From assembly GCA_036795105.1 (NCBI GenBank), contig DAIRFL010000001.1, forward strand, positions 1 through 38,879: DNA of 38,879 bases, written 5' to 3'. The stretch comes from Flavobacteriaceae bacterium (GTDB lineage Bacteria; Bacteroidota; Bacteroidia; Flavobacteriales; Flavobacteriaceae). The position numbers were made by a program, and so were the translations under genes. Shown one piece after another: positions 18,878 through 29,026 of the stretch. A model generated the notes under the pieces. The model saw nothing but the letters and a program-made list of their open reading frames with translations, had not been told where the DNA came from and searched no databases. Positions within the stretch are counted from its first letter, which is position 1. The number at the start of each line of letters is the position of its first letter.

Positions 18878-19735
18878 ATGGCAAACCTAAAAGAAATACG
18901 TAACAGAATCGCCTCGGTTTCATCAACTATGCAGATTACTTCTGCAATGAAGTTGGTGTCGGCTGCAAAGCTTAAAAAAGCTCAAGATGCGATTACTGCG
19001 ATGCGTCCTTATTCAGACAAACTTACCTCATTACTACAAGCACTTAGTGGAAGTATTGAAGGTTCTAATGCGGCGGTATACGCTCAGGAGCGTGAGGTTC
19101 AAAAGGTTCTAGTGGTTTCGATCACTTCGAATCGCGGTTTGTGTGGGGCTTTTAACACCAATATTATTAAGCAATCGACTAAATTGGCTAAAGACACCTA
19201 TGGTGGAGCATCAGTTGATTTCTTAGCGGTTGGTAAAAAGTCGAATGACTTATTATCAAAGGAATTTTCAGTCGTGGCTGATCATTCCAAGGTATACGAA
19301 GACCTAACTTATGACAATGTCGCTGAAATTGCCGATCGTTTGATGAACGATTTTCAAGAGGGGACTTACGATAAGATTGTCTTAGTGTACAACCAATTTA
19401 TAAATGCTGCGAATCAACGAGTGATGACGGAGCAATTCTTACCAATTGTTCCAGCTGAAGCTACAACGCAATCAGCGGATTATCTCTTTGAACCATCGAA
19501 GGCAGAAATCGTTTCTGAATTAGTTCCTAAAGCATTAAAGACACAATTGTACAAAGCGATTCGCGACTCCTTTGCTTCAGAGCACGGTGCACGTATGACT
19601 GCTATGCACAAAGCAACGGATAATGCAGGTGAACTCAGAGATCAATTGAAACTCACTTACAACAAAGCACGTCAAGCTGCAATTACAAACGAGATCTTAG
19701 AAATCGTCGGTGGAGCTGAGGCTTTGAGCGCATAA
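18878..19735 (+). CDS. atpG: F1 ATP synthase subunit gamma
   Basis: MANLKEIRNRI...ITSAMKLV, RGLCGAFN, SEHGARMTAM, RQAAITNEILEIVGGA. Confidence 0.98.
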   Translation: MANLKEIRNRIASVSSTMQITSAMKLVSAAKLKKAQDAITAMRPYSDKLTSLLQALSGSIEGSNAAVYAQEREVQKVLVVSITSNRGLCGAFNTNIIKQSTKLAKDTYGGASVDFLAVGKKSNDLLSKEFSVVADHSKVYEDLTYDNVAEIADRLMNDFQEGTYDKIVLVYNQFINAANQRVMTEQFLPIVPAEATTQSADYLFEPSKAEIVSELVPKALKTQLYKAIRDSFASEHGARMTAMHKATDNAGELRDQLKLTYNKARQAAITNEILEIVGGAEALSA

Positions 19736-19757
19736 AAAGCACATTCGCTAAAATGAT

Positions 19758-19790
19758 AAAACGTGAGTCCCCAAAGGCTCACGTTTTTTT
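19758..19790 (+). terminator. Intrinsic terminator closing the atp operon
   Basis: AAAACGTGAGTC-cccaaa-GGCTCACG followed by T7. Confidence 0.9.
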
Positions 19791-19820
19791 GTTATTTTTA
19801 GTGAATTAAATAACAGCTTA

Positions 19821-21272
19821 TTGTTTCCTAAACTATTTAAACAAACCTTTATCTATGGATTGGCGACCGTTCTACCCAGAATGATGTCCTTTCTGTTGTT
19901 ACCGCTTTATACCGATATTTTAGCCACTTCTGGTTTTGGAGCAGTAACGGTTATTTTTTCTTGGTTTGCAATCTCCAATGTCGTACTGGCTTACGGGATG
20001 GAAACAGCTTTTTTTAGATTCTATCAGCAGGCTACAGAACAGCTCAAAGTTTTGTCTACCTCACTGATGAGCATACTCATCAGCACTGGACTATTCGTGC
20101 TCATCGCAATAAACTTCAAGCAGGAGTTGGCCTCGATGATTCAGGTGAATACCACGATTATTAAATTAGCCATAGGAATATTAGCACTAGATGCCTTGGC
20201 GATTATTCCCTTTGCGCGACTTAGAGCTGAAGAAAAGGCCGGGAAATACACAGTGATTAAAATCTCAAATGTCGCTATCAATTTGGGATTAAACCTCGTT
20301 TTTTTATTGCTCTTTCCCTTCTTACACGAGATGGATGAATCCCTACTGCTAGGGTTTTACAGAGAAGATTTTGTCATTGAATACATCTTTATATCCAACT
20401 TAATTGCCAGCGGTGTAACCCTTTTGCTAGTAATCAAAAATTATTTGAGCATTCCGTGGAAGTTGGACTACGCCCTATTAAAAAAGATGTTGGCCTATGG
20501 ATTACCAGTAATGATCGCTGGAATTGCTTTTACGATTAATGAGGTATTTGACAAAATATTACTCTCTCGTTTGCTCCCTGCAGAGATAGCCAATAGCGAG
20601 GCCGGAAAATATGCTGCCTGTTATAAGCTAGCCTTGTTTATGACGCTTTTTGCGACGGCTTATCGATTGGGAATTGAACCCTTCTTTTTTTCACACCTCA
20701 AGAACAAGAATCCACAAAAGGCCTATGCACACATCCTCTATTACTTTGTGATTTTTGGATCAGTGATTCTCTTGTCGGTCGTTGTATTTCTAGACTATAT
20801 CAAACAGCTCGCTATTTTAGACTCTTCCTATTGGGAAGCCATGCCTGTGGTTCCAATTGTTCTTCTGGCTAGTTTTTGTTTGGGAATTTACCACAACCTT
20901 TCGGTTTGGTATAAGGTCATCGACAAGACTCATATCGGGGCATACATATCGGTCTTTGGAGCTCTGATTACGATCGTTGTCAATTTTGCGTTTATTCCAA
21001 GCTACGGCTATTACGCCTCTGCTTTTGCAACCTTAGGGGCTTATGGGTCTATGATGATGATCTCCTTTATACTAGGCAGAAAACACTACTATATCCCTTA
21101 TGATCTCAAGAGAATTGGAGGATATTTTTTTAGTTCCATCCTCTTGGCGGCAGTTGTTTTTTACGGATTTTCAAACGATTTAAAAATTGGGCTTCCAATC
21201 CTCAGTTTATTTGTAGTTTTACTGTATATTTTTGAACGTAAAACACTTAAAAAGCACTTTACAAAGGCATGA
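19821..21272 (+). CDS. Oligosaccharide flippase / MOP superfamily polysaccharide export protein
   Basis: About 13-14 TM helices; [41 protein letters not shown] start; TATTTTTA box at 19793-19800. Confidence 0.85.
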   Translation: MFPKLFKQTFIYGLATVLPRMMSFLLLPLYTDILATSGFGAVTVIFSWFAISNVVLAYGMETAFFRFYQQATEQLKVLSTSLMSILISTGLFVLIAINFKQELASMIQVNTTIIKLAIGILALDALAIIPFARLRAEEKAGKYTVIKISNVAINLGLNLVFLLLFPFLHEMDESLLLGFYREDFVIEYIFISNLIASGVTLLLVIKNYLSIPWKLDYALLKKMLAYGLPVMIAGIAFTINEVFDKILLSRLLPAEIANSEAGKYAACYKLALFMTLFATAYRLGIEPFFFSHLKNKNPQKAYAHILYYFVIFGSVILLSVVVFLDYIKQLAILDSSYWEAMPVVPIVLLASFCLGIYHNLSVWYKVIDKTHIGAYISVFGALITIVVNFAFIPSYGYYASAFATLGAYGSMMMISFILGRKHYYIPYDLKRIGGYFFSSILLAAVVFYGFSNDLKIGLPILSLFVVLLYIFERKTLKKHFTKA

Positions 21273-21703
21273 AGATACAGATCGTCAACAACTCAAAACA
21301 CCAATTGCCTTCCTATGAAACGCTAGCTTCAGCAGGAATGGATCTCAGAGCTAATATCGACGCTCCAATCGTCTTACAACCACTCGAGCGAGCAATTGTT
21401 CCAACCGGACTACACATCGCTTTAGAAGTGGGCTATGAGGCTCAGGTACGACCTCGTTCTGGATTGGCAGCTAAGAAGGGAATCTCCGTTCTCAACGCTC
21501 CAGGAACAGTCGATGCCGATTACAGAGGAGACATCGGAGTAATTCTGGTAAATCTTTCTAATGAAGCATTTGAAGTATGCGACGGTGATCGTATAGCACA
21601 ACTCGTCATTGCAAAACACGAGCGAGCTGATTGGGCTGAGGTTGAAGTCCTCAGTGAAACCGATAGAGGTCAAGGCGGATTTGGATCTACAGGTGTAAAA
21701 TAA
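21269..21703 (+). CDS. dut: dUTP diphosphatase
   Basis: [44 protein letters not shown] overlap with the flippase. Confidence 0.97.
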   Translation: MKIQIVNNSKHQLPSYETLASAGMDLRANIDAPIVLQPLERAIVPTGLHIALEVGYEAQVRPRSGLAAKKGISVLNAPGTVDADYRGDIGVILVNLSNEAFEVCDGDRIAQLVIAKHERADWAEVEVLSETDRGQGGFGSTGVK

Positions 21704-21708
21704 CAACT

Positions 21709-22476
21709 ATGCGACAGCTCGTCCTTGCATTATCGATTCTTTTGGTTTTGAGCTCTTGTGGAAGTCGTAAAATTAAAACGACTCCGGGAGTTGCTCTGGT
21801 AGCTTTGTCTCCAAGAGTAATTATCAAAGAACACGGTGATATCAACAGGGACTTTAATTCACTTAGTGGTCGTATGAAGATCGATTTAAAGACCGGAACT
21901 AAGACGACCTCTGTACCTGCGAGTTTTAGGATGATCAAAGATCAGGGAATTTGGATTTCAGCCTTTTTTGGACTAGCTAAAGCATTGATTACCCCAGAGG
22001 AAGTTTCTTTTTATTCTTCGACTAACAAAATGTATTTTAAAGGGAGTTTCGAAGAGTTGAGCTCCTATGTTGGAACCGAGCTCACTTACGATTTATTACA
22101 GCGATTTCTCTTGGGGGCTACAGCAGTAGAGCTCAAGCCACAGCGATCTGCTTGGGAGGTATCTAATAACTTTTATCGCTATGCAATGGTCGACAAAAAA
22201 GACCGCTATAAGCTTCATCTCGATATTGAACCGGGAAGTTTTCAACTGAAGAATACCCTCATAAGTGAAGGGAACGGAAACGGAAGCATTAAGATTGAAT
22301 ATTTGGGTTATCAGAAAATCGATGGAGTGAGTATACCTCAACAACTCCGACTAACTGCCTTGGCAGAAAAGTTTAACTCTAGCCTAGATATTGAATACCG
22401 AAACCTCTCCCTCAATCGTCAATTGCGATTCCCCTATAAAATTCCTCAGGGCTATAAAGAACTCCAGCTTCAATGA
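21709..22476 (+). CDS. DUF4292-like lipoprotein
   Basis: Lipobox LSS-C, IWIS...KALITP motif, beta-rich body, FPYKIPQGY C-terminus; precedes the EnvC-like gene. Confidence 0.75.
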   Translation: MRQLVLALSILLVLSSCGSRKIKTTPGVALVALSPRVIIKEHGDINRDFNSLSGRMKIDLKTGTKTTSVPASFRMIKDQGIWISAFFGLAKALITPEEVSFYSSTNKMYFKGSFEELSSYVGTELTYDLLQRFLLGATAVELKPQRSAWEVSNNFYRYAMVDKKDRYKLHLDIEPGSFQLKNTLISEGNGNGSIKIEYLGYQKIDGVSIPQQLRLTALAEKFNSSLDIEYRNLSLNRQLRFPYKIPQGYKELQLQ

Positions 22477-23702
22477 TTAGAATACTCAGACATAGTGCGA
22501 TAGTATGGATATTTCTAATAGCAACAGCTGCTATAGCTCAAACTCAAGAGCAAAAGAAACTAGAAACGGAACGCACGCGATTACAACAAGAAATTGCGCA
22601 GATCGAGAAATTGCTCTTTAGCAATACCGAGAAAGAGAAGGGTTTCGAAGATGAAATAGAAGACCTCAATCGAAAAATAAGCGTTCGAGAGCAACTCATA
22701 CGAGTAACTAATAAGCAGGCCAATATCATCAATAGAGCCATCGAAAAGGAAGAATCAACGGTGGGATCCTTAGAGCGGGAAATAGAGGTTTTAAAAAAGG
22801 ATTACGCCGATATGATCAGACGTTCTTATGTGTCAAAATCCAAACAGAACAGACTGATGTTTCTCTTGTCTTCTCAGAATTTTTTTCAGGCCTATAAGCG
22901 AATACAGTACTTAAAGCAATTTGCTCAATACCGAAAAAAACAAGCCCTAGAAATAAGCTCTAAATCTGAAGAGTTACTCAGAAAAATCAACCAGTTAAGA
23001 GCACAGAAGAAACAGAAGGACCTCTTGCTGAGTGAAAACAGAAAAGAGCGTTCTACCCTTGTCAGAGAAAAGGGAAATTTGCAAAACTCACTGAGTTCTA
23101 TTCGCAAGAACAAATCAAAATACGAAAGAGAAATTGCAAATAAGACCAAGAGATCTAAGGCGATTGATGCTCAGATCGAAAAAATGATCAAAGAAGCTAT
23201 AGCTGCCGCAAATAGAAAAAAAGAGACCGCTAAGGCTACTAAAACGAGCAGTGGATTTGTAATGACAGCAGAAACAAATAGAGTCGCTGCTAATTTTGCT
23301 GCAAATAAGGGAAAACTCATTTGGCCAGTAGCCAAAGGTATTGTCAAAAGAGGCTTTGGGGTCTATGCGGATCCTGTGTATCCTCAGATCAAACATCAGA
23401 ACAACGGAGTTATTATAGCCACTGAGGCCAATGCAGAGGCCCGATCGATCTTTAAGGGAGAAGTAGTTGCCATCCTCAGAGTCCCAGGAGGAGGTTTAGG
23501 GGTTCAGGTTCGCCATGGAAACTACATCAGCACCTACTACAACCTCAAGAGCGTTTCAGTGAGCAAGGGAGACCAGGTAGGGGAAAAAGATTCCCTTGGA
23601 ATCATCAGCACCAATCCTTTTAACGGTCAAACACAGCTCAAGTTTTACCTCTATCAAAATACCACAAAACTCAATCCTCAACAATGGATATACAAACTAT
23701 AA
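22473..23702 (+). CDS. EnvC-like murein hydrolase activator (coiled coil plus degenerate LytM domain)
   Basis: Signal peptide, long coiled coil, KGKLIWPV. Zinc ligands absent (NNGV, YYNL, QLKF in place of HxxxD and HxH). Confidence 0.88.
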   Translation: MIRILRHSAIVWIFLIATAAIAQTQEQKKLETERTRLQQEIAQIEKLLFSNTEKEKGFEDEIEDLNRKISVREQLIRVTNKQANIINRAIEKEESTVGSLEREIEVLKKDYADMIRRSYVSKSKQNRLMFLLSSQNFFQAYKRIQYLKQFAQYRKKQALEISSKSEELLRKINQLRAQKKQKDLLLSENRKERSTLVREKGNLQNSLSSIRKNKSKYEREIANKTKRSKAIDAQIEKMIKEAIAAANRKKETAKATKTSSGFVMTAETNRVAANFAANKGKLIWPVAKGIVKRGFGVYADPVYPQIKHQNNGVIIATEANAEARSIFKGEVVAILRVPGGGLGVQVRHGNYISTYYNLKSVSVSKGDQVGEKDSLGIISTNPFNGQTQLKFYLYQNTTKLNPQQWIYKL

Positions 23703-23706
23703 GTTA

Positions 23707-23714
23707 TACCTTTG
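23707..23714 (+). promoter_or_regulatory. -7 promoter element for the thioesterase
   Basis: TACCTTTG(CA), 15 nt before the ATG. Confidence 0.7.
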
Positions 23715-23729
23715 CACAAAATTTAAACG

Positions 23730-24242
23730 ATGAATTCTAAAACACCTTCAGAATCGAGAACAGTGATGACCGATATGGTCCTTCCTAGTGAAACCAACCC
23801 ACTCAATAATTTGTTTGGGGGAGAACTCTTGGCACGAATGGATCGTGCAGCCAGTATAGCAGCAAGAAGACACTCTCGAAGAATTACCGTAACGGCTTCG
23901 GTAAATCACGTAGCCTTTAACAGAGCTGTTCCTCTGGGTTCTGTAGTAACCGTTGAAGCTGCTGTTTCTAGAGCTTTTAAAACCTCGATGGAGGTTTTTA
24001 TCGATGTGTGGATTGAAGATCGTTATACAGGAGAGCGCACCAAAGCCAATGAAGCTATTTATACTTTTGTTGCCGTGGATGATACTGGTAAACCTACCGA
24101 GGTTCCAGCATTAAAGCCAGAAACAGATTTAGAAACAGAGCGTTTTAACGCTGCTCTAAGACGTAAACAACTCTCATTAGTGCTCGCTAAAAAGATGAAG
24201 CCATCGGAGGCTACTGAATTAAAAGCGCTATTTGTAGAATAA
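23730..24242 (+). CDS. Hot-dog fold acyl-CoA thioesterase (YciA-like)
   Basis: VLPSETNPLNNLFGGELLARMD, VTASV, TSMEV, YTFVAVD. Confidence 0.92.
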   Translation: MNSKTPSESRTVMTDMVLPSETNPLNNLFGGELLARMDRAASIAARRHSRRITVTASVNHVAFNRAVPLGSVVTVEAAVSRAFKTSMEVFIDVWIEDRYTGERTKANEAIYTFVAVDDTGKPTEVPALKPETDLETERFNAALRRKQLSLVLAKKMKPSEATELKALFVE

Positions 24243-25166
24243 TTATTTTACAAGCAACCAAGCAGACTCATTTCCACTGGATCTAGCCTCAGCCAAAAAT
24301 GCTCTTGCTTGATCTTCACCAGCAAAGGCATTTAGCCCAACCTGATACAATCCAAAAGGATTCTGTCCGATGATTTCTGAAGTTTCAAAACCTTTTGCCT
24401 TGAGTTCTTGTATGTGAGCTAAGGCATTTTCTTCTTTGATAAAAGATCCAGCAACTATAAAATAGTGCATCTCCGCTTTTGGGATACTCACTTCAACCTC
24501 TAATGCAGGTAAATCTAAAGGGTGATCACTGAAAAAGCTGGCTTCTTGAATGGTTTTCTCAATAGCAAGCTGAGCTGATTTTGCAGCTAAGACGGTATTT
24601 TGTTCATAGGAAGAACGCAATTGAAGCCCTCCTAAGGCGGTACTAATTGCAATTAAACCTACTGCAGCGTATTTAACTAGGGATTTTCCTAACTTAAAAT
24701 CCGCCTTTGTTTCTGGAGTCAATTGACGAACTACAGGCTGAGTTGCCTTCTCGAATACAGAAGCATTTACTGGAGCTAATCCAAAAGAACTGTGGAGGTA
24801 GTTGTGCTCGTTATAAGGTTTAAAAACCAAAGCGCCTTCTTGGCTTTTAGACAGCAGCCCAATATGTTCCAAATCGAGACTGAGTCCTTTGGCTAAATCA
24901 GCTTTCCACTGATTGACAACAGCGGTTAGCTCTTCTTGAGCTTGTTCGTATGAACAGGACTGAACAGAGGCAATATAGGATACTAAAACACCGTCAGAAG
25001 TCTGTAATTGCTCGTTAAAAGACAAGGCTTTTGAAGGAGGGTAGAACGACTGAGTTTTTGGGTTGTAGTAGGCTGCTTTTCTTCTTGTTAAAAAGGCTCC
25101 AAATTCAGGAACAACAATACAGTGATGTCTGTAGAGTAAAGGTGCTATATGCTGCTCTAATCGCAT
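24243..25166 (-). CDS. HU-like (CCDC81-type) N-terminal domains, TM helix and C-terminal SPOR domain
   Basis: LLYRHHCIVVPEFGAFL...FYPP..LSFN...DGVL; hydrophobic YAAVGLIAISTALGGL; YFIVAGSF...NA...AWLL. Start moved to the ATG at 25166. Confidence 0.82.
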   Translation of the reverse strand: MRLEQHIAPLLYRHHCIVVPEFGAFLTRRKAAYYNPKTQSFYPPSKALSFNEQLQTSDGVLVSYIASVQSCSYEQAQEELTAVVNQWKADLAKGLSLDLEHIGLLSKSQEGALVFKPYNEHNYLHSSFGLAPVNASVFEKATQPVVRQLTPETKADFKLGKSLVKYAAVGLIAISTALGGLQLRSSYEQNTVLAAKSAQLAIEKTIQEASFFSDHPLDLPALEVEVSIPKAEMHYFIVAGSFIKEENALAHIQELKAKGFETSEIIGQNPFGLYQVGLNAFAGEDQARAFLAEARSSGNESAWLLVK

Positions 25167-25207
25167 AAATATCGTTTGGTTTTGGTTATAAATTGATTTG
25201 GGACTAG

Positions 25208-25227
25208 TAAATGTAAGAATATTTTTA
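25208..25227. promoter_or_regulatory. Back-to-back -7-like elements for the SPOR gene and dprA
   Basis: TACATTTA (-, 25208-25215) and TATTTTTA (+, 25220-25227), each one mismatch from TAnnTTTG. Confidence 0.45.
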
Positions 25228-25236
25228 GTAAAAAAG

Positions 25237-26127
25237 ATGTATAAAATCAGCAAAAATACGGATCACAGGGAACTCATAGCCCTGTTGAGGCTCTCTAAAA
25301 TACCGAGTATCAGCAACCTAAAAGCTATAGAATTGATTAAAAAATTTAATTCTGCCTCTAAAATTTTTGATCGAGAGCTTGAGCTGCTCAACTCCAAAGA
25401 CTTTAAGTGGGGTCCAGCGTTCTTTTCAAAGAAGTATTTAGAAGCAGCTATTCAGGTCTTTAGAGAGGCTGATTCCAAAGGCTATCAATTAATGGGTTAT
25501 GGACTTAAGACCTATCCCTATTTGCTGTATCAGTGTGAGGATGCTCCTCTGGTCCTTTGTTCTTCAGGAGCTATCGATTGGGATTCTGAGCGATGGATCA
25601 GTGTTGTGGGAACTAGAACAGCCAGTTCATATGCTTTGAGCTTTGTTGAACAACTTATCGAAGAACTCGCTCCTTATCGACCAACTATCGTATCGGGATT
25701 GGCCTATGGAATTGATATAGCAGCTCATAAGGCTGCGATTGCAAACGAACTTCAAACCATAGCCTGTTTGGCTCACGGTTTAAACAGGACCTATCCCAAA
25801 GAACATTACAAGATTAGAAAAGCCATGGAACAAAAGGGAGGAGTGCTCTCTGAGTTTACTCCTAATGAACCCCCACTTCCTTATAAATTTGTGCAGCGAA
25901 ACAGGATAATAGCAGGTCTTACTAAGGCAAGTTTAGTCATTGAATCACCTATAAAGGGAGGGAGTCTAATTACAGCTGATTTGGCAAATTCTTATCAAAG
26001 AGAAGTCTATGCGGTACCCGCTAGAACCACTGATGTACATCAGGGGTGTAATCAGCTTATTCGCGACTGTAAAGCACAATTAGTGAGCAGCTCTAAAGAT
26101 CTGATTCAATTTTTGGGATGGGATTAA
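25237..26127 (+). CDS. dprA: DNA-processing protein DprA (short form)
   Basis: YPYLL...DAP, SVVGTR, IVSGLAYGIDIAAH, LAHGL, FVQRNRIIAGL, GGSLITA, GCNQLI. Start set at ATG 25237. Confidence 0.93.
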   Translation: MYKISKNTDHRELIALLRLSKIPSISNLKAIELIKKFNSASKIFDRELELLNSKDFKWGPAFFSKKYLEAAIQVFREADSKGYQLMGYGLKTYPYLLYQCEDAPLVLCSSGAIDWDSERWISVVGTRTASSYALSFVEQLIEELAPYRPTIVSGLAYGIDIAAHKAAIANELQTIACLAHGLNRTYPKEHYKIRKAMEQKGGVLSEFTPNEPPLPYKFVQRNRIIAGLTKASLVIESPIKGGSLITADLANSYQREVYAVPARTTDVHQGCNQLIRDCKAQLVSSSKDLIQFLGWD

Positions 26128-27092
26128 TATCCGAGTTTGGTTCGCACTCTATTTAAAACCTCATCGGCTACTTTAGCTGCTTTTTCAGCCCCTAAAGCCA
26201 AAGCCTTATCGATTTCTTCTTTGTTGTTCATATAGAACTCAAATTTCTTTCGAGCCTCATCAAATCGTTCGATAATCAGCTCAAATAGCGCCTGTTTTGC
26301 ATGACCATATCCGTAGTTTCCACCGAGGTAATTCGCTTTCATCTGAGCGATATGTTCTTTGTTGGCTAAAACTTTATAAAGAGCAAAAACAGGGCAGGTA
26401 TCAGGATCCTTCGGATCTTCCATTGGAGTTGAATCTGTTTGAATGCCCATGATTTGCTTTCTGAGTTTTTTCTCAGGCAAAAAGATATTGATGGTGTTGT
26501 TTTTGCTTTTGCTCATCTTAGCACCATCGGTACCTGTGATGTACATTGAGGATTCCTGAATCCTTGCTTCAGGCATCACAAAACACTCTCCAAATTTATT
26601 GTGGAAACGAGCAGCTACATCGCGTGTCATTTCTAAGTGTTGCAATTGATCTTTTCCTACGGGAACAAATTCTGCATCGTAGAGCAAGATATCAGCAGCC
26701 ATAAGCATTGGATAGGTAAACAGTCCTGCATTGACATCTTCGAGTCGATCAGCCTTGTCCTTAAAGGAATGTGCCAAGGTCAAACGCTGATATGGAAAAA
26801 AACAACTCAAATACCAGGAGAGTTCTGTTGTTTGAGGAAGATCTGATTGCTTGTAAAAAACGGTTTTTTCGATATCGAGTCCAAAGGCCAACCAGGTTGC
26901 TGCAGTAGCGTAAGTATTTTCTCTTAATTGTTGAGCGTCTTTGATTTGTGTCAGTGAATGCAAATCAGCTATAAAGAGAAAAGATTCGTTTTTAGGGTCC
27001 TTTGCCATCTCAATAGCAGGCATAATAGCCCCTAAAATATTTCCTAAATGTGGAGTCCCTGTGGATTGTATTCCCGTTAATATTCTTGACAT
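26124..27092 (-). CDS. trpS: Tryptophan--tRNA ligase
   Basis: TGIQSTGTPHLGN (HIGH), YPMLMAADIL, VPVGKDQLQHLE, KMSKS. Confidence 0.98.
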   Translation of the reverse strand: MSRILTGIQSTGTPHLGNILGAIMPAIEMAKDPKNESFLFIADLHSLTQIKDAQQLRENTYATAATWLAFGLDIEKTVFYKQSDLPQTTELSWYLSCFFPYQRLTLAHSFKDKADRLEDVNAGLFTYPMLMAADILLYDAEFVPVGKDQLQHLEMTRDVAARFHNKFGECFVMPEARIQESSMYITGTDGAKMSKSKNNTINIFLPEKKLRKQIMGIQTDSTPMEDPKDPDTCPVFALYKVLANKEHIAQMKANYLGGNYGYGHAKQALFELIIERFDEARKKFEFYMNNKEEIDKALALGAEKAAKVADEVLNRVRTKLGY

Positions 27093-27112
27093 ATATCTAT
27101 AAGTTAGCTGGT

Positions 27113-27136
27113 CAAAGATACAAATTAGTATATTTA
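27113..27136. promoter_or_regulatory. Back-to-back -7 elements for trpS and plsC
   Basis: TATCTTTG (-, 27113-27120, exact) and TATATTTA (+, 27129-27136, one mismatch). Confidence 0.55.
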
Positions 27137-27144
27137 ATTTACTG

Positions 27145-27918
27145 ATGAAACTGCTATTCTATTTACTGCGTTTTTTATACAGAGCTTGGTTCTTTGTTTT
27201 AGCAGCCATACCTATTATTTTGTTTTTTCCAATATTGATAGTTTTGGCGCTCATACCCAAGGGATTCCCTGTTATTTATTGGTTTGCTCGAAATCTATGG
27301 GCCCCACTAGTTCTATTTGGAATGGGGACTCCGATTAAATTAAATTCAGAGCTTAGATTGGAAAAGGGGAGCTCTTATATGATCTGCCCAAACCATCAGA
27401 GTATGTTGGATATTATGGTAGTATTGCGACTCTCTAAAAATCCAATACTCTTTGTAGGAAAACAAGAGCTTAAAAAAATACCGCTGTTCGGGTTCATTTA
27501 TAAAAATGTCAGCGTCTTGGTAGATCGCTCTCAAAAGGATTCGAGAGCCCAAGTTTATGAATCAGTAAAGGCTAAGATTCAAGAGGGTCATTCCATTTGT
27601 ATATTTCCTGAAGGCTTAGTTCCTGATGTTTCTGTTTTGATGGCAGATTTTAAACCAGGTGCTTTTAAGATGGCGATTGAACATCAGCTCGACATCGTTC
27701 CCGTATCGATCTACAACGCTAAAGATCGTCTTCCCTACGATTATAACCACGGGCATCCTGGTACCATAAGGGTACATGTACACCCTTCTTTTTCAGTGAG
27801 TGGATTAGCCTATGAGCAGTATCCCGAGCTTCAAGAAAAGTGTCGTTTCTTTTTAGAGGAAGACCTCAAGGCCTTTAAAGGAGGAATTATTAAAAATTTA
27901 ACAGAGCCGATCGTATAA
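27145..27918 (+). CDS. plsC: 1-acyl-sn-glycerol-3-phosphate / lysophospholipid acyltransferase
   Basis: NHQSMLD (HX4D), FVGKQEL, VDRS, IFPEG, FKPGAF; N-terminal TM helix. Confidence 0.85.
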   Translation: MKLLFYLLRFLYRAWFFVLAAIPIILFFPILIVLALIPKGFPVIYWFARNLWAPLVLFGMGTPIKLNSELRLEKGSSYMICPNHQSMLDIMVVLRLSKNPILFVGKQELKKIPLFGFIYKNVSVLVDRSQKDSRAQVYESVKAKIQEGHSICIFPEGLVPDVSVLMADFKPGAFKMAIEHQLDIVPVSIYNAKDRLPYDYNHGHPGTIRVHVHPSFSVSGLAYEQYPELQEKCRFFLEEDLKAFKGGIIKNLTEPIV

Positions 27919-27975
27919 AGGTTCCTTTAGCTTGCAAAAAAAATAGTACTTTAGCCTAAGTAAAAAAATGAAATT

Positions 27976-28986
27976 ATGAGTAAAGAAAAAGAAGCTAAAT
28001 TAAAAGCGCTCCAATTAACCCTTGACAAGCTTGATAAGACCTATGGAAAAGGGTCTGTAATGAAAATGGGAGACAGTGTGGTTCAAGAGGTGGAGGTCAT
28101 CCCTTCCGGATCTTTAGGACTCAATATAGCACTTGGAGTTGGCGGCTATCCAAAAGGAAGAGTTGTAGAAATATACGGACCTGAATCTTCAGGAAAAACA
28201 ACACTTACCTTACACGCAATGGCTGAAGCACAAAAAGCTGGAGGAATTGCGGCATTTATTGATGCTGAGCACGCCTTTGATCGCTTTTACGCTAAAAAAT
28301 TAGGAGTGGATGTGGATAATTTAATCATATCTCAACCCGACAATGGAGAACAAGCTCTTGAAATAGCCGATAACCTTATTCGTTCCGGAGCTATAGATAT
28401 TGTGGTCATCGATTCTGTTGCCGCACTGACCCCTAAGAGTGAAATTGAAGGAGAAATGGGAGATTCAAAAATGGGATTACACGCTCGTTTAATGTCTCAA
28501 GCGCTTAGAAAATTAACAGGATCAATCTCTAAGACCAACTGTACGGTCATCTTCATCAACCAGCTGAGAGAAAAAATTGGAGTGATGTTTGGAAATCCTG
28601 AAACTACTACTGGAGGAAATGCTCTTAAATTTTACGCATCAGTGCGTTTAGATATTAGAAGATCTTCTCAAATCAAAAATACAGACGGCCAAGTACAGGG
28701 AAATAAAACCCGTGTTAAGGTGGTAAAAAACAAAGTAGCTCCTCCATTCCAGTCTACTGAATTCGACATCATGTACGGTGAGGGAATTTCTAAAGTGGGC
28801 GAGGTAATCGATCTTGGAGTTGACTATGAAATCATCAAAAAAAGCGGCTCTTGGTTTAGCTATGGGGACACCAAACTAGGTCAGGGACGCGACGCTGTTA
28901 AGCAGTTATTGTTAGACAACCCAGAACTTCACGAGGAAATAGAAGCAAAGATTGTCGAAGCGATAAAGGCTTTAAAAGAGGCTTAA
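27976..28986 (+). CDS. recA: Recombinase A
   Basis: [60 protein letters not shown]. Confidence 0.99.
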   Translation: MSKEKEAKLKALQLTLDKLDKTYGKGSVMKMGDSVVQEVEVIPSGSLGLNIALGVGGYPKGRVVEIYGPESSGKTTLTLHAMAEAQKAGGIAAFIDAEHAFDRFYAKKLGVDVDNLIISQPDNGEQALEIADNLIRSGAIDIVVIDSVAALTPKSEIEGEMGDSKMGLHARLMSQALRKLTGSISKTNCTVIFINQLREKIGVMFGNPETTTGGNALKFYASVRLDIRRSSQIKNTDGQVQGNKTRVKVVKNKVAPPFQSTEFDIMYGEGISKVGEVIDLGVDYEIIKKSGSWFSYGDTKLGQGRDAVKQLLLDNPELHEEIEAKIVEAIKALKEA

Positions 28987-28995
28987 GAGGCTGAT

Positions 28996-29026
28996 TTTGA
29001 AGATGGCACAATTCGGGCTATCTTTA
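28996..29026 (+). promoter_or_regulatory. Promoter for ricT-gldH-PBP (-33 and -7 elements)
   Basis: TTTG (28996-28999), 19-bp spacer, TATCTTTA (29019-29026); canonical Bacteroidota spacing. Confidence 0.6.

Noticed and set aside
14830..19735. Absence of atpD and atpC from the atp operon
   Set aside because: A split operon with beta and epsilon encoded elsewhere is normal in Flavobacteriia.
22473..23702. EnvC-like gene as a degraded peptidase pseudogene
   Set aside because: Loss of zinc ligands is the normal state of EnvC-type activators and the frame is intact.
28311..28319. Single perfect DnaA box (TGTGGATAA) inside recA
   Set aside because: Isolated and explained by the codons for D-V-D-N; one 9-mer hit in 39 kb is unsurprising.
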